Part shown: one piece after another, positions 13,988 to 28,037 of the stretch
Numbering within the stretch: position 1 is the first letter of the stretch
Layout: every line of letters begins with the position of its first letter
Source of the DNA: Octopus sinensis
Lineage: Eukaryota
Assembly: GCF_006345805.1 (NCBI RefSeq)
Contig: NC_043012.1
Location: 54,312,001 to 54,376,000, forward strand
DNA length: 64,000 nucleotides
Direction: 5' to 3'
Made by a program: the position numbers and the translations under genes
Notes under the pieces: model-generated
What the model saw: the letters and a program-made list of their open reading frames with translations, nothing else
Databases searched by the model: none
What the model was told of the DNA's origin: nothing

Positions 13988-14053
13988 CGGATTGAATGGT
14001 ACTGCCCAGGTGACGAAACCATAATGATATCTGTGGGGCAGCTGATGATGGAA
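13988..14053 (+). ncRNA. Putative rearranged hammerhead ribozyme, copy 2 (stem II degenerate)
   Basis: AUGG-UA(14001)/CUGCCC-agg-UGAC-GAAA-CCAU...GGGCAG-CUGAUGA-u-GGAA. Core and stems I and III are identical to copy 1; stem II is mismatched. Confidence 0.6.
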
Positions 14054-14153
14054 GTATGTTGGATTGTTGAAATGGCTGCTTTTGTATATGCGGAATAGTA
14101 TTATAAAACATCCGTTTGATATATATATATATATATGTATATATATTTATATG

Positions 14154-14184
<31 letters not shown>

Positions 14185-14228
14185 GTATATATATGTACAT
14201 ATATAATATCTGTATATGCATGTATGTG

Positions 14229-14265
<37 letters not shown>

Positions 14266-14401
14266 TGGTGTATCAGTTTTTATTACCCTGGCTTCCGTTA
14301 GTTTAACCATTCGTCCGAAGATTTCCGTGTTTCCACATGTGCTTATATTTTTTTATCTTAATGATAAGAGGATATAAACAGATAGTATGTATGTATGTAT
14401 G

Positions 14402-14471
<70 letters not shown>

Positions 14472-14983
14472 AACATCAGATTTTATTGCTTTGGCTTCCG
14501 TTGGTTTAACCTTTTATCCTAAAATTTATGACACATATGCGCATATGTGCTAAGTCCGCAGTATTTCCGATACTGCAAATACTTGCTTGAGTTCAGGCAA
14601 TTGATTTCTTGCATTATCAGAAAAATTCTAAATTTATTTATTTGGAAAATTGGAGGAACCTGAGGAGAAGATTTTGTTTATTTTCATAAATCGAAAGTGT
14701 GTAATCTCGGTAATATTGTCTGTCTGGGATAATACATGTGTTTTTGATTTAAATTTATTGTTCTGTTTGAAATTAGAAAATATCTGATTCAATTAATCTT
14801 AGTCTTCAAAACGGCTTTCAGTCGTTTGTTGTTATATAGTACAGAGTCTAGAACTTCAGTCAGCCGTCACAGACTAGTTTTACTGACCTCATAACCCCCG
14901 CTGACTACGCCCCACAAACACATATGCACATCATATACACAAATACACTCACATATTTATATATATGTATATAATATAATATA

Positions 14984-15026
<43 letters not shown>

Positions 15027-15124
15027 GGGAGAGTTCACGAAAAAAACAAAGGACGAAGACAGGTAGTGTACAAAACAAACAGATGTATTAGTATAACGCC
15101 CAGGAATAGAAAAAGTCTTTTACG

Positions 15125-15204
<80 letters not shown>

Positions 15205-15329
15205 ATGTATGTATGTATATGATGTATATGTATGCATGTACGTTTGTATATATGTGTGTATATAAGCAAGCATGCATAAATATATGGACATAAATGCACA
15301 TACTTATAAATGTATGCACACGCATACAC

Positions 15330-16070
15330 GCAGACGTGGGCTGCGTGATAAGAAGTTTGCTTCCCAACCGCCTGGTTCTGAGTTCAGTGCCACTGTTTGG
15401 CACCTTGTGCAAGTGTTTTCTAGTATAGCTCCGGGCCGAGCAAAGTCTTGCTTGTTGATTTGACCGACGAAAACTGAAAAAGGCCCGTCGTATATGCGTG
15501 TGTGTGTGTGTGTGTGTCTTGAAAACTGTTGATGGTAAACTTGCGGTTCGACAAAGAGGATTCGAGAGACTAAATACCAGACTCTAAAAGAAACTACTTG
15601 GGTTGATTTGTTCGACTAAACCCTTCAAGTGGTGCTCCAGGATGGGCACAGTCGAATGACTGAAACAAGTAAAAGATGGGCTGTGTGGTAAGTAGCTTGC
15701 TTACCAACCACATGGTTCCGGGTTCAGTTCCACTGCGTGGCACCTTGGGCAAGTGTCTTCTACTATAGCCTCGGGCCGACCAAAGCCTTGTAAGTGGATT
15801 CGGTAGACGGAAACTGAAAGAAGCCCCGTCGTATATATGTATATATATATGTATGTGTGTGTATGTGTTTGTGTGTCTGTCCCCCCAGCATCGCTTGACA
15901 ACCGATGTTGGTGTGTTTATGTCCCCGTCACTTAGCGGTTCGGCAAAACAGACAGATAGAATAAGTACTAGGCTTACAAGGAATAAATGCTGGGGTCGAT
16001 TTGCTCGACTAAAGGCGGTGCCACAGCATGGCCACAGTCAAATGGCTGAAACAATTAAAAGAATAAAAGG
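15330..16070 (+). mobile_element. Two tandem SINE family A copies (old and young)
   Basis: Heads at about 15330 and 15678. Confidence 0.85.
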
Positions 16071-16092
16071 ATACAAACATGCGCTGACAAAC

Positions 16093-16128
<36 letters not shown>

Positions 16129-17778
16129 GTACACACACAAACACTCATACAAATATTCTCAGACTAAAAGCTTGCATATGAATATGCATACACATACATA
16201 CAAATACATACACCCATACCTACACACAAACACATAAACATACATATGTAATTGCATGCATTTTTCCTATATACACACCGCGCATATATGCATACACATG
16301 TATACTCTTGCACAGCACGTTTATAATTGAAAAACCGATGCCATACTAAGTATTTCTGGTGTACTTAACGTAGTAATACACAACGTTGTGTACTGAGAAC
16401 CACACCAAAATTTTGGTGGTCACCTGTGATATAAAATATAATTAAAATCAAATATATATTTGGTGGTCCTTGTAGTTTTACTCTTCTTTACTCTTTACTT
16501 GTTTCAGTCATTTGACTGCGGCCATGCTGGAGCACCGCCATTTGTAAAGTTTAATCATAATTGTAAAGTTTAATAGTGAATTGTATTTGTAAAGTTTAAT
16601 TGTAAAGGTATTCACGGTTCGTCTCGTAGCGGGGGGTGGCGAGATGACCGTCCCATTTGCATCATAATTATGTTCATTTCATTATCATTTTCCATTCGTC
16701 TTTATGTCCCCGCATGTCAGTTGTATGTCCCTCTGTATTCAGGCCTTGTGCCTATAATAAAGAGAATAAACAAATCATTTGTGCAGGTCGTTCAGCACAA
16801 AGCTGAACGCCCATACGCCGTCTTCAACGGGAAAGTCCATCATGTGAAAATTTAAATGATCTGTCAGCAGAGGAACCCGGAAACCGGTCCTATGCTCCTT
16901 ACCGAATAAAGTGGACTAACCATGTCGACTAATAAAATCATAGCAACTTTTGTCTTTCTTTTAATATAGCATTCGTTTTGTGTACAACGTTTCAGACAAA
17001 ATCATTAAACTGGAATATATTTTTTTTATTGATTTAATTTTACTTAAAGACTATTTTTATTTTTTACAACTAATCAACTAATTGCGAATTTTAGTAACAC
17101 CTCTTAATATTTCTGTAATTAACTACAGCTGTCACTCTGAATCGAGGGTGTTTCAGGTCTCCTCTCGGCCCTCCTACCTAAACCCGTCCGAACATTTAGG
17201 ATGTAAGGGCTACAGGGTGAGAGTGCTGAGTGGACTGGATCAAAGGGAAATGAAGTATCTTAGTAATTAACAGGACTCATTATACGCTCCAGGAATCGAA
17301 CTCCGCACTTTGTGAACATGACCTCATCAGCTTCACCAGAAGGCCTCGTGCCTTGACTTAATCTTCGCTAGTAACTCGTAACTTCAGTATTTCATATTAG
17401 CATTCTATGTATGTATGCATGCATTTTTTTAAAGTTTTATTTAAATTTTGAAGATAGTTCAAGCCGTCACGAATAAAGAAAGAGACGACATTTTGAGTTC
17501 AGAGAGTTCCCAGTGTTTGTAACTATGTGGTTGAGTTGATGTGTCCGTTGAACTGTCGATGCATACACATAAGCGTGTGCATATATTCACCTAAAGAAAA
17601 TCAGATGGAGAAACTTCGGAATATCTTACAAATCTTTACTGAGCTATTAATAAATTAGATTTGCAGAATTCTCTTTCTTCGAAAAACCTAATATTTCTAG
17701 GTTTTTGTGTAAATTTGTTGGCACATAACTTATGATGATAGGTACAAATGAGATTTATAGTCAAATTATGCATGTACC

Positions 17779-17812
<34 letters not shown>

Positions 17813-17988
17813 TGTATGTATGTATGTATGTATGTATGTTTGCACGTATGTATGTTTGTATGTATACATCGATGTATGTGTGTACTTGTTTATGTACGCA
17901 TGTGTATGTGCATGTGTAGATGTGGATGTATATATATAAATGTGGCTGTATATATAAATGTGTGTATGAGTGCGTGTGTGTGTGTGTG

Positions 17989-18066
<78 letters not shown>

Positions 18067-18854
18067 TAAATATACAACAAATTCATGTGATTTTATTTGA
18101 ACATTCTTTTCTAAAGATACATTAAAACATTTCATACCTAAACAAATTCTGACAGTTAGATTGCTCGAGATTTTTGAAAAACTGTGAAGCAAGCGAGAGA
18201 GAACTAAAAATGTGTTGACACAATATGATTGTATTTATTTTCTTTTTCTCACATCTTTTTTCCTCTTTTTTTACCAATCCATTATGTAAATAACATCATA
18301 ATTTGATTTCATCCAGCTGAGATTATAAATTAAAGTGGTGATGTTGCCAGTTGACAAATGTGGAACCCAGTTTTATGAAAAAATGCTATTTCAAGCTGAG
18401 ATTTGTGTATCCATCGTTTCTCTTCGGTTTCATCTAGCGTATTCCAAAGGTGAGCGCTTTTTAGCAGAGCTGCTGCCTCTCCACGGTAACTATGAAGCTT
18501 AGAAATACCAGTTAATGGAAAAAAAAAGAAATCAGCAATTTTGCTACTGTTATTGAGTACAGGCGCTCATTCCTACGGACCTGTATATATGTGAGTGTTG
18601 TGTGTGTGTGTGTGTGTGTGTTGTGTGTGTGTGTGTGTGTGGTGTGTGTGTGTGTGTGTGTGCGTGTGTGTGTGTGTGTGTTGGAAAATGTATGCTAAAG
18701 AAGGTAGATTTAATACCAATTCTTTACTACGCACTTTACTCCATTTTGGTTATTTTTATTCACCGAAGTGAGTGTCCATTGAGCATGTGGATGAAGATCC
18801 ACATTGATTCTTCAGAGGAACACTTAATTACATTGCGCAAACACAGAGCAAAAG

Positions 18855-18902
<48 letters not shown>

Positions 18903-18971
18903 TATATATATACATTGTTTGTTTGTACTCCACCTGCCTTCGTCTTTTGTTTATTTTCGTAAACCTTCCCG

Positions 18972-19032
<61 letters not shown>

Positions 19033-19086
19033 GTGAATGGAAGAAATGGAGTTGAACGAAGATTGTACAGAATTCCTTTTATTACA

Positions 19087-19166
19087 TTCTACACATGTTT
19101 CAAAGGCCACAATTTTCCAAATTCTGATTAAATAAGGATACCATATTGCAGCTTTCTCTTCAGGAA
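19087..19166 (-). ncRNA. Type I minimal hammerhead ribozyme (CUGAAGA core), long stem II
   Basis: UUC-CUGAAGA-GAAAGCUGCAAU...AUUGUGGCCUUU-GAAA-C-AUGU-G-UA/GAA. Lies next to a (TA)n tract; stem I is only 3 bp. Confidence 0.6.
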
Positions 19167-20527
19167 AAACCAGGAATTACGTTGACAGAACAAAACAAAA
19201 CAGAGGCGCAGCAAAGCAATTCGAACGAGGACGCTCCTTAAGAACCCATGGTTAAACTGTTATCAATGTACGTTGAAATCGGGGGGTTGGTTGGGGGCCG
19301 ACAAAAGGTCCGTTGGAATAATTACAGGTCAGGCCGCGGTCAAATCTAGTAGGTGAGGAATTAATGAGAACAAGGGGTGTGGAGATGTTCTGTGTGACCA
19401 AAACTAATGTTCTGAATATTTTAAGAATACAGGGTGTATTTTAGGGGCGAGACAAAACCTACCTAAAAGCATGTATGTGTATACTAGCCTATGTGTGCGC
19501 GGCCGTATGTTGGCGAGGGGCGCTAGATAATGAGCACTGCTGAAAAAACCTGTCAGGCGGCTGAAAAAATTCTGTGTTCGTGTGTTCGTCTAGGCCTGCT
19601 TGTCTAAAAATTAACATCGTCAAAGAATCATAAGGGTATATATAATTCCAGCGTTTGCTTCCAAAAAACCGACCAATCGCCTAATGGGAGTAATTTCCCC
19701 TTGCAAGAGTTATTCATAGATTTTTTAAAAAGTTTTTTCAAAAATTATTTCCAAAAAATTATTTTCATTTTAATAGGGTAACAATGTGTTAATTGTCTTA
19801 GGTGTCATTTATATGTAAGATAAGTATGACGCCGCCAATGGGGACATCGAAAAGCCGTCTGTAAAAGCCCGTTTACCAAACGGCATATATATATATGTAT
19901 GTATGTATGTATATGTATGTATGCATGTATGTATGTATGTATGTATGTATGTGTGTGTGCATGTATGTATATGTATGTATGCATGTATGTATGTATGCAT
20001 GTATGCATGTATGTATGCATTATGCATGTATGTATGCATGTATGTATGCATGTATGTGTGTATGTATGTATGTATGTATCACTGCGTGGCACCGTGGGCA
20101 TGTGTCTTCTACTATAGCCTCGGACCGACCAAAGCTTTGTGAGTGCATTTGATAGGCAGAAACTGAAAGAAGCCCGTCGCATAGACGTATGTGCGCGTGC
20201 ACATGTGTGTATGCATGTGTGTGTGTGTTATATAACTGGTACCACTAAGAAGTACGTGAAAGCGCGTGGCTTAGTGGTTAGAGTGTTGCACTCGCTATCG
20301 TAAGGTTGTGGTTTCGATTCCTGCATAAGACGATGTGTTGTGTTCTTGACGTTGTTCCAGTTCAATCAGCCGGCAAAAGAGAGTCATTCTAAGAGGGATT
20401 GACGTCCCATCCAATAGGGATATATATATGCCGCAGAATCCGGGACACCGGCTTCATGAGCCTATGTTGCAAGGAGAACATATATAAATACACACATACG
20501 TACATACATACACATACACACACACAA

Positions 20528-21077
20528 CACAAACTTAGAAAATCTCTCTGCTATGGAATACATTCACAGACACCAACTCAAGGAATACTGGTGGAATATT
20601 CCCATCAGAACTTCTGTCAAATGTAAGCATAACAGGCCGGATATTGTTGTTTGGGACAGAGGGGCAATGGTATGTACCATCATACAGGTCAGCTGCCAGG
20701 CAGATATAAATATCTCTTTGAAAATCAAAGGAAAAGAGGATATCTATGGACAGCTGCTTCGAAATCTCCAGTTTCTATATCCAGACTATAAACTCATATT
20801 CATACCAACAATAATTGGAGCACTAGGTTTTGTTAGTAAATGCTTGAAGGAGAATCTGGATAAACTGGGATTTTCAGAAAAAGAAATTGACCGGCTAATT
20901 CGTGCATTACAAGCGCAAACTGTGAGAGGAACAGTAAAAATATGCAAGACTTTTCTCAAGTTCCAAACGTGAATTTGTCTGTTAACTACATCCCAAAGAT
21001 GGAGCCTTGTATCTTTGTTGAAAACTGGCTCCCTCCACAGAGGAAGATTTATAATAATTAAAAAAATAAAAGAGATG
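20528..21077 (+). mobile_element. 5'-truncated RLE-type non-LTR retrotransposon (R4/NeSL-like) with (TACA)n tail
   Basis: ORF 20553-20972 has HNRPDIVVWD..C.IIQVSC..D.NI..K...K..Y and P.IIGALG, i.e. a PD-(D/E)xK RLE C-terminus. A short 3'UTR follows, then (TACA)n; CA/TACA repeats lie upstream. Confidence 0.85.
20553..20972 (+). pseudogene. Restriction-like endonuclease domain fragment of a LINE ORF
   Basis: Open 139-aa frame with the RLE motifs. The catalytic D/E position reads Q and there is no RT upstream. Confidence 0.8.
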
Positions 21078-21183
21078 TACATACATACATACATACATAC
21101 ATACATACATACATACATACATACATACATACATAAATACATACATACATATCTACGTACATACATACGTACGTACATACATA

Positions 21184-21327
21184 TTCGTTACGCGTTCAAA
21201 TCCCACTGTGTCCTGCCTGGATAAGAGACTTAATCTGTCGCCCGGTTTAACGCTAACACTTGTCCCTTGGACATCTACGTACATACATACATACATACAC
21301 ACATACATACATACATACATACATACA

Positions 21328-21358
<31 letters not shown>

Positions 21359-21533
21359 CTACGTACATACATACGTACGTACATACATATTCGTTACGCG
21401 TTCAAATCCCACCGTGTCCTGCCTGGATAAGAGACTTAATCTGTCGCCCGGTTTAACGCTAACACTTGTCCCTTGGACATCTACGTACATACATACATAC
21501 ATACACACATACATACATACATACATACATACA

Positions 21534-21564
<31 letters not shown>

Positions 21565-21810
21565 TCGTTACGCGTTCAAATCCCACCGTGTCCTGCCTGG
21601 ATAAGAGACTTAGTCTGCAGCCCGGTTTAATGCCAACACTTGTCCCTTGGATACCTTTAGCCGAGGAATTCATTCTGTTGCAGGCTTTCGATTCAGATCT
21701 CCGAATTTAGGATAATTTCCCTTCACTCTTCCTTCTATCGGTCTCGGAGGCCCTGGGAAGGGTCATCGGCGCTGCTTTTCCACCTGACTAAACTATAAAC
21801 TAGAAATATG
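21184..21810. repeat. Element end repeated three times (21184, 21390, 21564), copies separated by (TACA)n
   Basis: ~90-bp block ttcgttacgcgttcaaatccc...cccttgga x3; only the third copy continues into unique sequence. Confidence 0.85.
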
Positions 21811-21850
21811 AGATCAAATGAAGTTTTCTTATTTTTGTATTTATAGATAT

Positions 21851-21889
<39 letters not shown>

Positions 21890-21907
21890 TTGTGTGAGTG
21901 TGTGCGT

Positions 21908-23215
<1,308 letters not shown>

Positions 23216-24024
23216 TTTCTTTCTTTCACTCTTACCGTCTGAATTAACAAACAAAAGGCCTCATCTTTTAACTACAGACAAATAGAAACTCGCAATGTCT
23301 ATAATAAACATACAAGACCGAAGGTTAATTGCAGTCGAGTGTTGCCACGGGAACAAGTACGAAGAGGAAACGACGCCAACTGAAACATTGCAATTTGATT
23401 GATTCACAAAAGAAAAAGTAGAACTTATTTAGTTTCCATTATTCTGACACATATTACCTTCAATTTATGTAGAAATTTACTTTTACAAATGGAATCAGAT
23501 GTGAATAAAGCATTTTAGCGAATCATTTTAGTGTGACGAACTGAGAAATATTTGTTATCATCAACAAAGGATTTATCGCGTGCATAAATGTTGTCTTTCT
23601 TTACTGATTATTTATTCAGATCTATCTTAAAGTGATAATTAAATATCACCAGAATTCATGGAAATTAGTGCTGGTCTGCGACAGAAAAGAATCAATAGTT
23701 AATGGAATACTAAGGTAGACTTGTGTAGCTGTAAAGAACGAAAGTATCAGACGTTTCGAGCAAAGTTTTTCATCGAAGAATGAAAATGTAAATAATTTAT
23801 TTATGTCACTGGTGTATGAATGCAATGGGTTGGCAGAATCGTTAGAGCGCTGAATAAAAGGTCTCGTGATGTTTGTTCCGATTGTCTGCTCTGTAAGATC
23901 AAATCTTGCCGCGATCAACTTTATAAAGAGGTAGAAAGTGGTAGAGTTGCGAAACTATGATAGCGTTGGCGAGGATACTCAATAGAATCTGCTCCGACTC
24001 TTTGCGTTCTGATGGCAACATCTA

Positions 24025-24237
24025 CCTATTTCTTTACTACCCACAGAGGGGACAAACAAGGACAGACACACGGATTAAGTCGATTACATCGACTCCAGTA
24101 CGTAACTGGTACTTATTTAATCGACCCTGAAAGGATGAAAAGCAAAGTCGACCTCGGCGGAATTTGAACTCAGAGCGTAACGGCAGACCGGAAAGTATTT
24201 CGTCCGGTGTGCTAACATTTCTGCCAGCTTGCCGCCT
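24025..24237 (-). mobile_element. SINE family B
   Basis: Homology to family B. Confidence 0.85.
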
Positions 24238-25097
24238 TACCACGGCACTGTTGCCAAATAATATTAACCCAAGGCGGCAGTCTATCTCTTGAAAAGCATC
24301 GGCACCGTGGAGAGAAGACTTGCATAGGAGATCAACCGTCAATCTACAACATACAAAAAAATCTTGCTCAATTTTACACATACAGGCGTAGATAACTTAT
24401 CAACATTGACCGACAGAGATCCTAAGAGAGTGGAGAAGCAATTATATTTTCACAAGCTAATCAGGAGGGAAGAAAAAATACCTATAGCTCGTGCAGACCT
24501 CACCACCAGCACCACCGATTGGTGTGACTAATACAATCAATGCCCAAACTGTGTACTTGTAGGTCAATGGCTGCAGGAAATCTCGTCAATCGAGAGAGGA
24601 CCAGGGTAAAGAGTTCGGCTGCTTGTCATTGAGTAAATTCTACAGACAGCATCCAAGAAGAGCGTTAAAGTCAGTCTTAAGTCTTTAGGTTCATTAGGCC
24701 AGAGTTTAACTCAGTTTTCGAAGTATTTGAATAACAGAGAGCACATAGCCCACTCTAAACAGGCCACCAGAAACCAGGGTTAATCCACAACTATTGCTGG
24801 CGCCTATTTTCAAATGAACAGATTAAAGTAGAGTATCTCGCTCGAAGACATAAAGCATAACCTAGTTCCGAAATCTAACCCATGACATTACGGTTATGAG
24901 CAAATAGAAAGAAGTAGCAATTGGTAGAGTGGCGAAACTGTGAGAAGAACGTTGCAGAGGATACTCTACAGAATCCTAACTGGTAGACTAACCCAGTCAA
25001 ATACAAGTGCAAAAGGGGAAACTACGTAGGTAATTCATCGGGAAAGGGAGAGTACACTCTGTTATAATTTTGATATATGTGTATATATATATATATA

Positions 25098-25562
25098 GCA
25101 ATTAAGGGTTTAGCAACGAATTGCCTCACCACACACCGAATTTAGAAATAGCAGTCAAAGAGTTATAGCTATTCTTTCTACTAAAAGGGAGATCTCAGTA
25201 AAAATATAGCACTTGAATGGCAAACACAGACAGGTAAGAGAGAATGAAATGACGGCAATCTATCATACAATTTTAAGTCACCTACGGACGTACGTTTCGA
25301 AATCAAGTTTTAGGAAAGCATAAGAATTAGATAATTCTACCTTACCCAAACTTCTTTTCTCATCAGCGTAGGATACTACAATTATGAATAATTGTATATT
25401 AAATTTTGAGATACTAGAAGGCAACATCTCAACTCAATGTCAGAGCGAGCCAAAGCATTACCAGTACCACGAAATTCAAAGTGTGAATGAAAGTTTGTGT
25501 CACCTGCCCCCTTCCACCCGCGTGTAGCCAAGACAAGATGCTGTGGTTATTTACTGGGATAA
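25098..25562 (-). mobile_element. Penelope-like element terminal fragment inserted in (TA)n
   Basis: Unique sequence flanked on both sides by (TA)n and containing a PLE-type hammerhead. Confidence 0.55.
25281..25372 (-). ncRNA. Type I minimal hammerhead ribozyme (Penelope-like) with extended stem II
   Basis: CCUACG-CUGAUGA-[long hairpin GAAAAGAAGUUUGGG...CCUAAAACUUGAUUUC]-GAAA-C-GUAC-G-UC/CGUAGG. 6-bp stem I, palindromic GUAC loop III, GUC triplet. Confidence 0.85.
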
Positions 25563-25591
25563 AATATATATATATAATATATATATATACT

Positions 25592-25833
25592 ATTTTACTC
25601 TTTTACTAGTTTCAGTCATTTGACTGCGGCCATGCTGGAGCACCGCCTTTAGTCGAGCAAGTCGATCCCGGGACTTATTCTTTGTAAGCCTAGTACTTAT
25701 TCTATCGGTCTCTTTTGCCGAACCGCTAAGTTACGGGGACGTAAACACACCAGCATCGGTTGTCAAGCGATGTTGGGGTACAAACACGCACACAAACATA
25801 TACGCACACATCATATATATATTATATATATAT

Positions 25834-25867
<34 letters not shown>

Positions 25868-25996
25868 CGACGGGCTTCTTTCAGTTTCCGTTTATATAGT
25901 AGAAGACACTTTCCCAAGGTGTCACGCAGTGGGACTGAACTCAAAACCATGTGGTTGGTAAGCGAGCTACTTGCCACACAGCCAGTCCTGCGCCTT
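25592..25996 (-). mobile_element. SINE family A
   Basis: Homology to family A. Confidence 0.9.
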
Positions 25997-25997
25997 C

Positions 25998-26043
<46 letters not shown>

Positions 26044-26107
26044 AACTTTCTTATCTATATATATATATATACACACACATTCATAAATATATGCATACAT
26101 ACATACA

Positions 26108-26185
<78 letters not shown>

Positions 26186-26352
26186 ATCTCGGGACCAACT
26201 GAAACACCTATATCTTTATGTTGCTTTTAATATCTTAAAGTAACCTTGGTCGACCTGTTTATTCAGTCAAATTATCTCGCCATTTATTAATAACTTTAAT
26301 ACGGCTTTCGTCCTATTTCCAAACCGATACATAACTACAGGCCACTAAACCG

Positions 26353-26383
<31 letters not shown>

Positions 26384-26969
26384 CAACAAAAACACTAACA
26401 GCAGCAACAGCAGCACTGCAGCTATCACTGCCAACATCAATGCCATCAATGCTACCAACGGTTTGTTCACAATTTCTGTTTTATTAATACTTCTTGGTCA
26501 ACTTTAACTTTAAAATGTATCAAAGTCTTAATTGATTGTTGAATATACTTAAAATTTTTTCTATTTACGTCACTAAAATATTTGCAATAAAATGAAAATT
26601 TCTATTGATTCGATCTTAAGTCAAAACCGTTATTAAAAACATTTATCATGTCTACGTTGTCGTTTGACATGTTAGAAACGGATGCCAAATCTACCTCAGA
26701 TCGCAGCCTACTTTAAAAATAAAAGATAGACGCATTGGACAATGTAGTTCTAAGTAATTCAACAGTCGAGATGGTTACAGATGGAACTCTTTTGAATAAA
26801 ACTCTTTTCGATTATAACTAACCTAAGTCTACACAATAAAACGGTTTTATGATCAAGATGTCTTAGAATCTAAACCTGATCCTTTGTAAGATGTCTTAAC
26901 GTAACCGTTCATCGTTGCTTGTGTCTACACAAGCGTTTTCTAAATCTATAAGCGACATCGTTTATATTT

Positions 26970-27187
26970 TATCTCTTACTTGTTTCTGTGACTAGGCTGC
27001 GACCATGCTGGAGCACCGCCTTTAGTCGAGCAAATCGACCCCAGGACTTATTCTTTGTCAGCCTAGTACTTATTCTATCGGTCTCTTTTGCGGAACCGCT
27101 AACTTACGGGGACGTAAACACACCAGCATCGGTTGTCAAGCGATGTTGGTGGGACAAACACAGACACACAAACATATACACAAACAA

Positions 27188-27270
<83 letters not shown>

Positions 27271-27436
27271 CATATACGACGGGCTTCTTTCAGTTTCCGT
27301 CTACCAAATCCACTCACAAGGCTTTGGTCGGCCCGAGGCTATAGTAGAAGACACTTGCTTGGGGTGCCACGCAGTTGGAATGAACCCGGAACCACATGGT
27401 TGGGAAGCAAGCTTCTTACCACACAGCCACGCCTGC
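26970..27436 (-). mobile_element. SINE family A
   Basis: Homology to family A. Confidence 0.9.
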
Positions 27437-28037
27437 ACCTGTTTGTTCTTTATAAACATCGACGCAATTTTTCGACGAATCTTTTCTAAAATTTGCAAAC
27501 ACATCCAAAATTATTCCAGAATAATGCATGGAAGAATGGAAATAAATAATCCCGGGTCGAGGTCAGACTGAGGTAAAACAGAAGATTCAAGAAAGATGTG
27601 GAAAGACAGGTAGTTGTAAAGTGGTGGTTATAGAACAGGTGTGTTAGGGCAAGGTTCAAAAACGTTGTCAGTTTATGATGTCGAGCAGTTTTTCTTTCTC
27701 CAGTTTCTCTTTAATCACTTCCACTCTCTTCGACTTTCCTATTCTCTCTGTCTCACTGTCTCATAATAATTCTCTCTCTCCCTCACGCACGCACACACAT
27801 ACACACACACACGTGACACATAAGCACATAAGAACACACGCACGCACACACACTTTCTTATTCATTTGTCTTATAGAGCAATGCATATAAATAGCGTATA
27901 ATAAAACACTGTAGATATTAAAATTCCTCGTTTTTATCCATTAATATCTTCGAAAGAAGTTAGATACTCCTCCAAATAACATGGAAGATAGAAAATAATA
28001 TATACTTTTGTTTCAGATTAAAATTTATCTAAATGTT

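Larger units (their letters stand above)
12856..14103. repeat. Diverged inverted repeat (arms ~12856-13168 and ~13796-14103), probably Penelope-like pLTR pieces
   Basis: The arms are recognisably reverse-complementary over ~310 bp and each carries the rearranged hammerhead. The spacer holds microsatellites and a SINE head. Confidence 0.8.

Noticed and set aside
16616-16651. Isolated GC-rich hairpin next to an ATTTGCAT octamer
   Set aside because: Single copy, too short for a pre-miRNA, and no snRNA gene downstream.
23341-23354. RFX X-box-like GTTGCCACGGGAAC
   Set aside because: A single motif with no identifiable gene or promoter nearby; could occur by chance.
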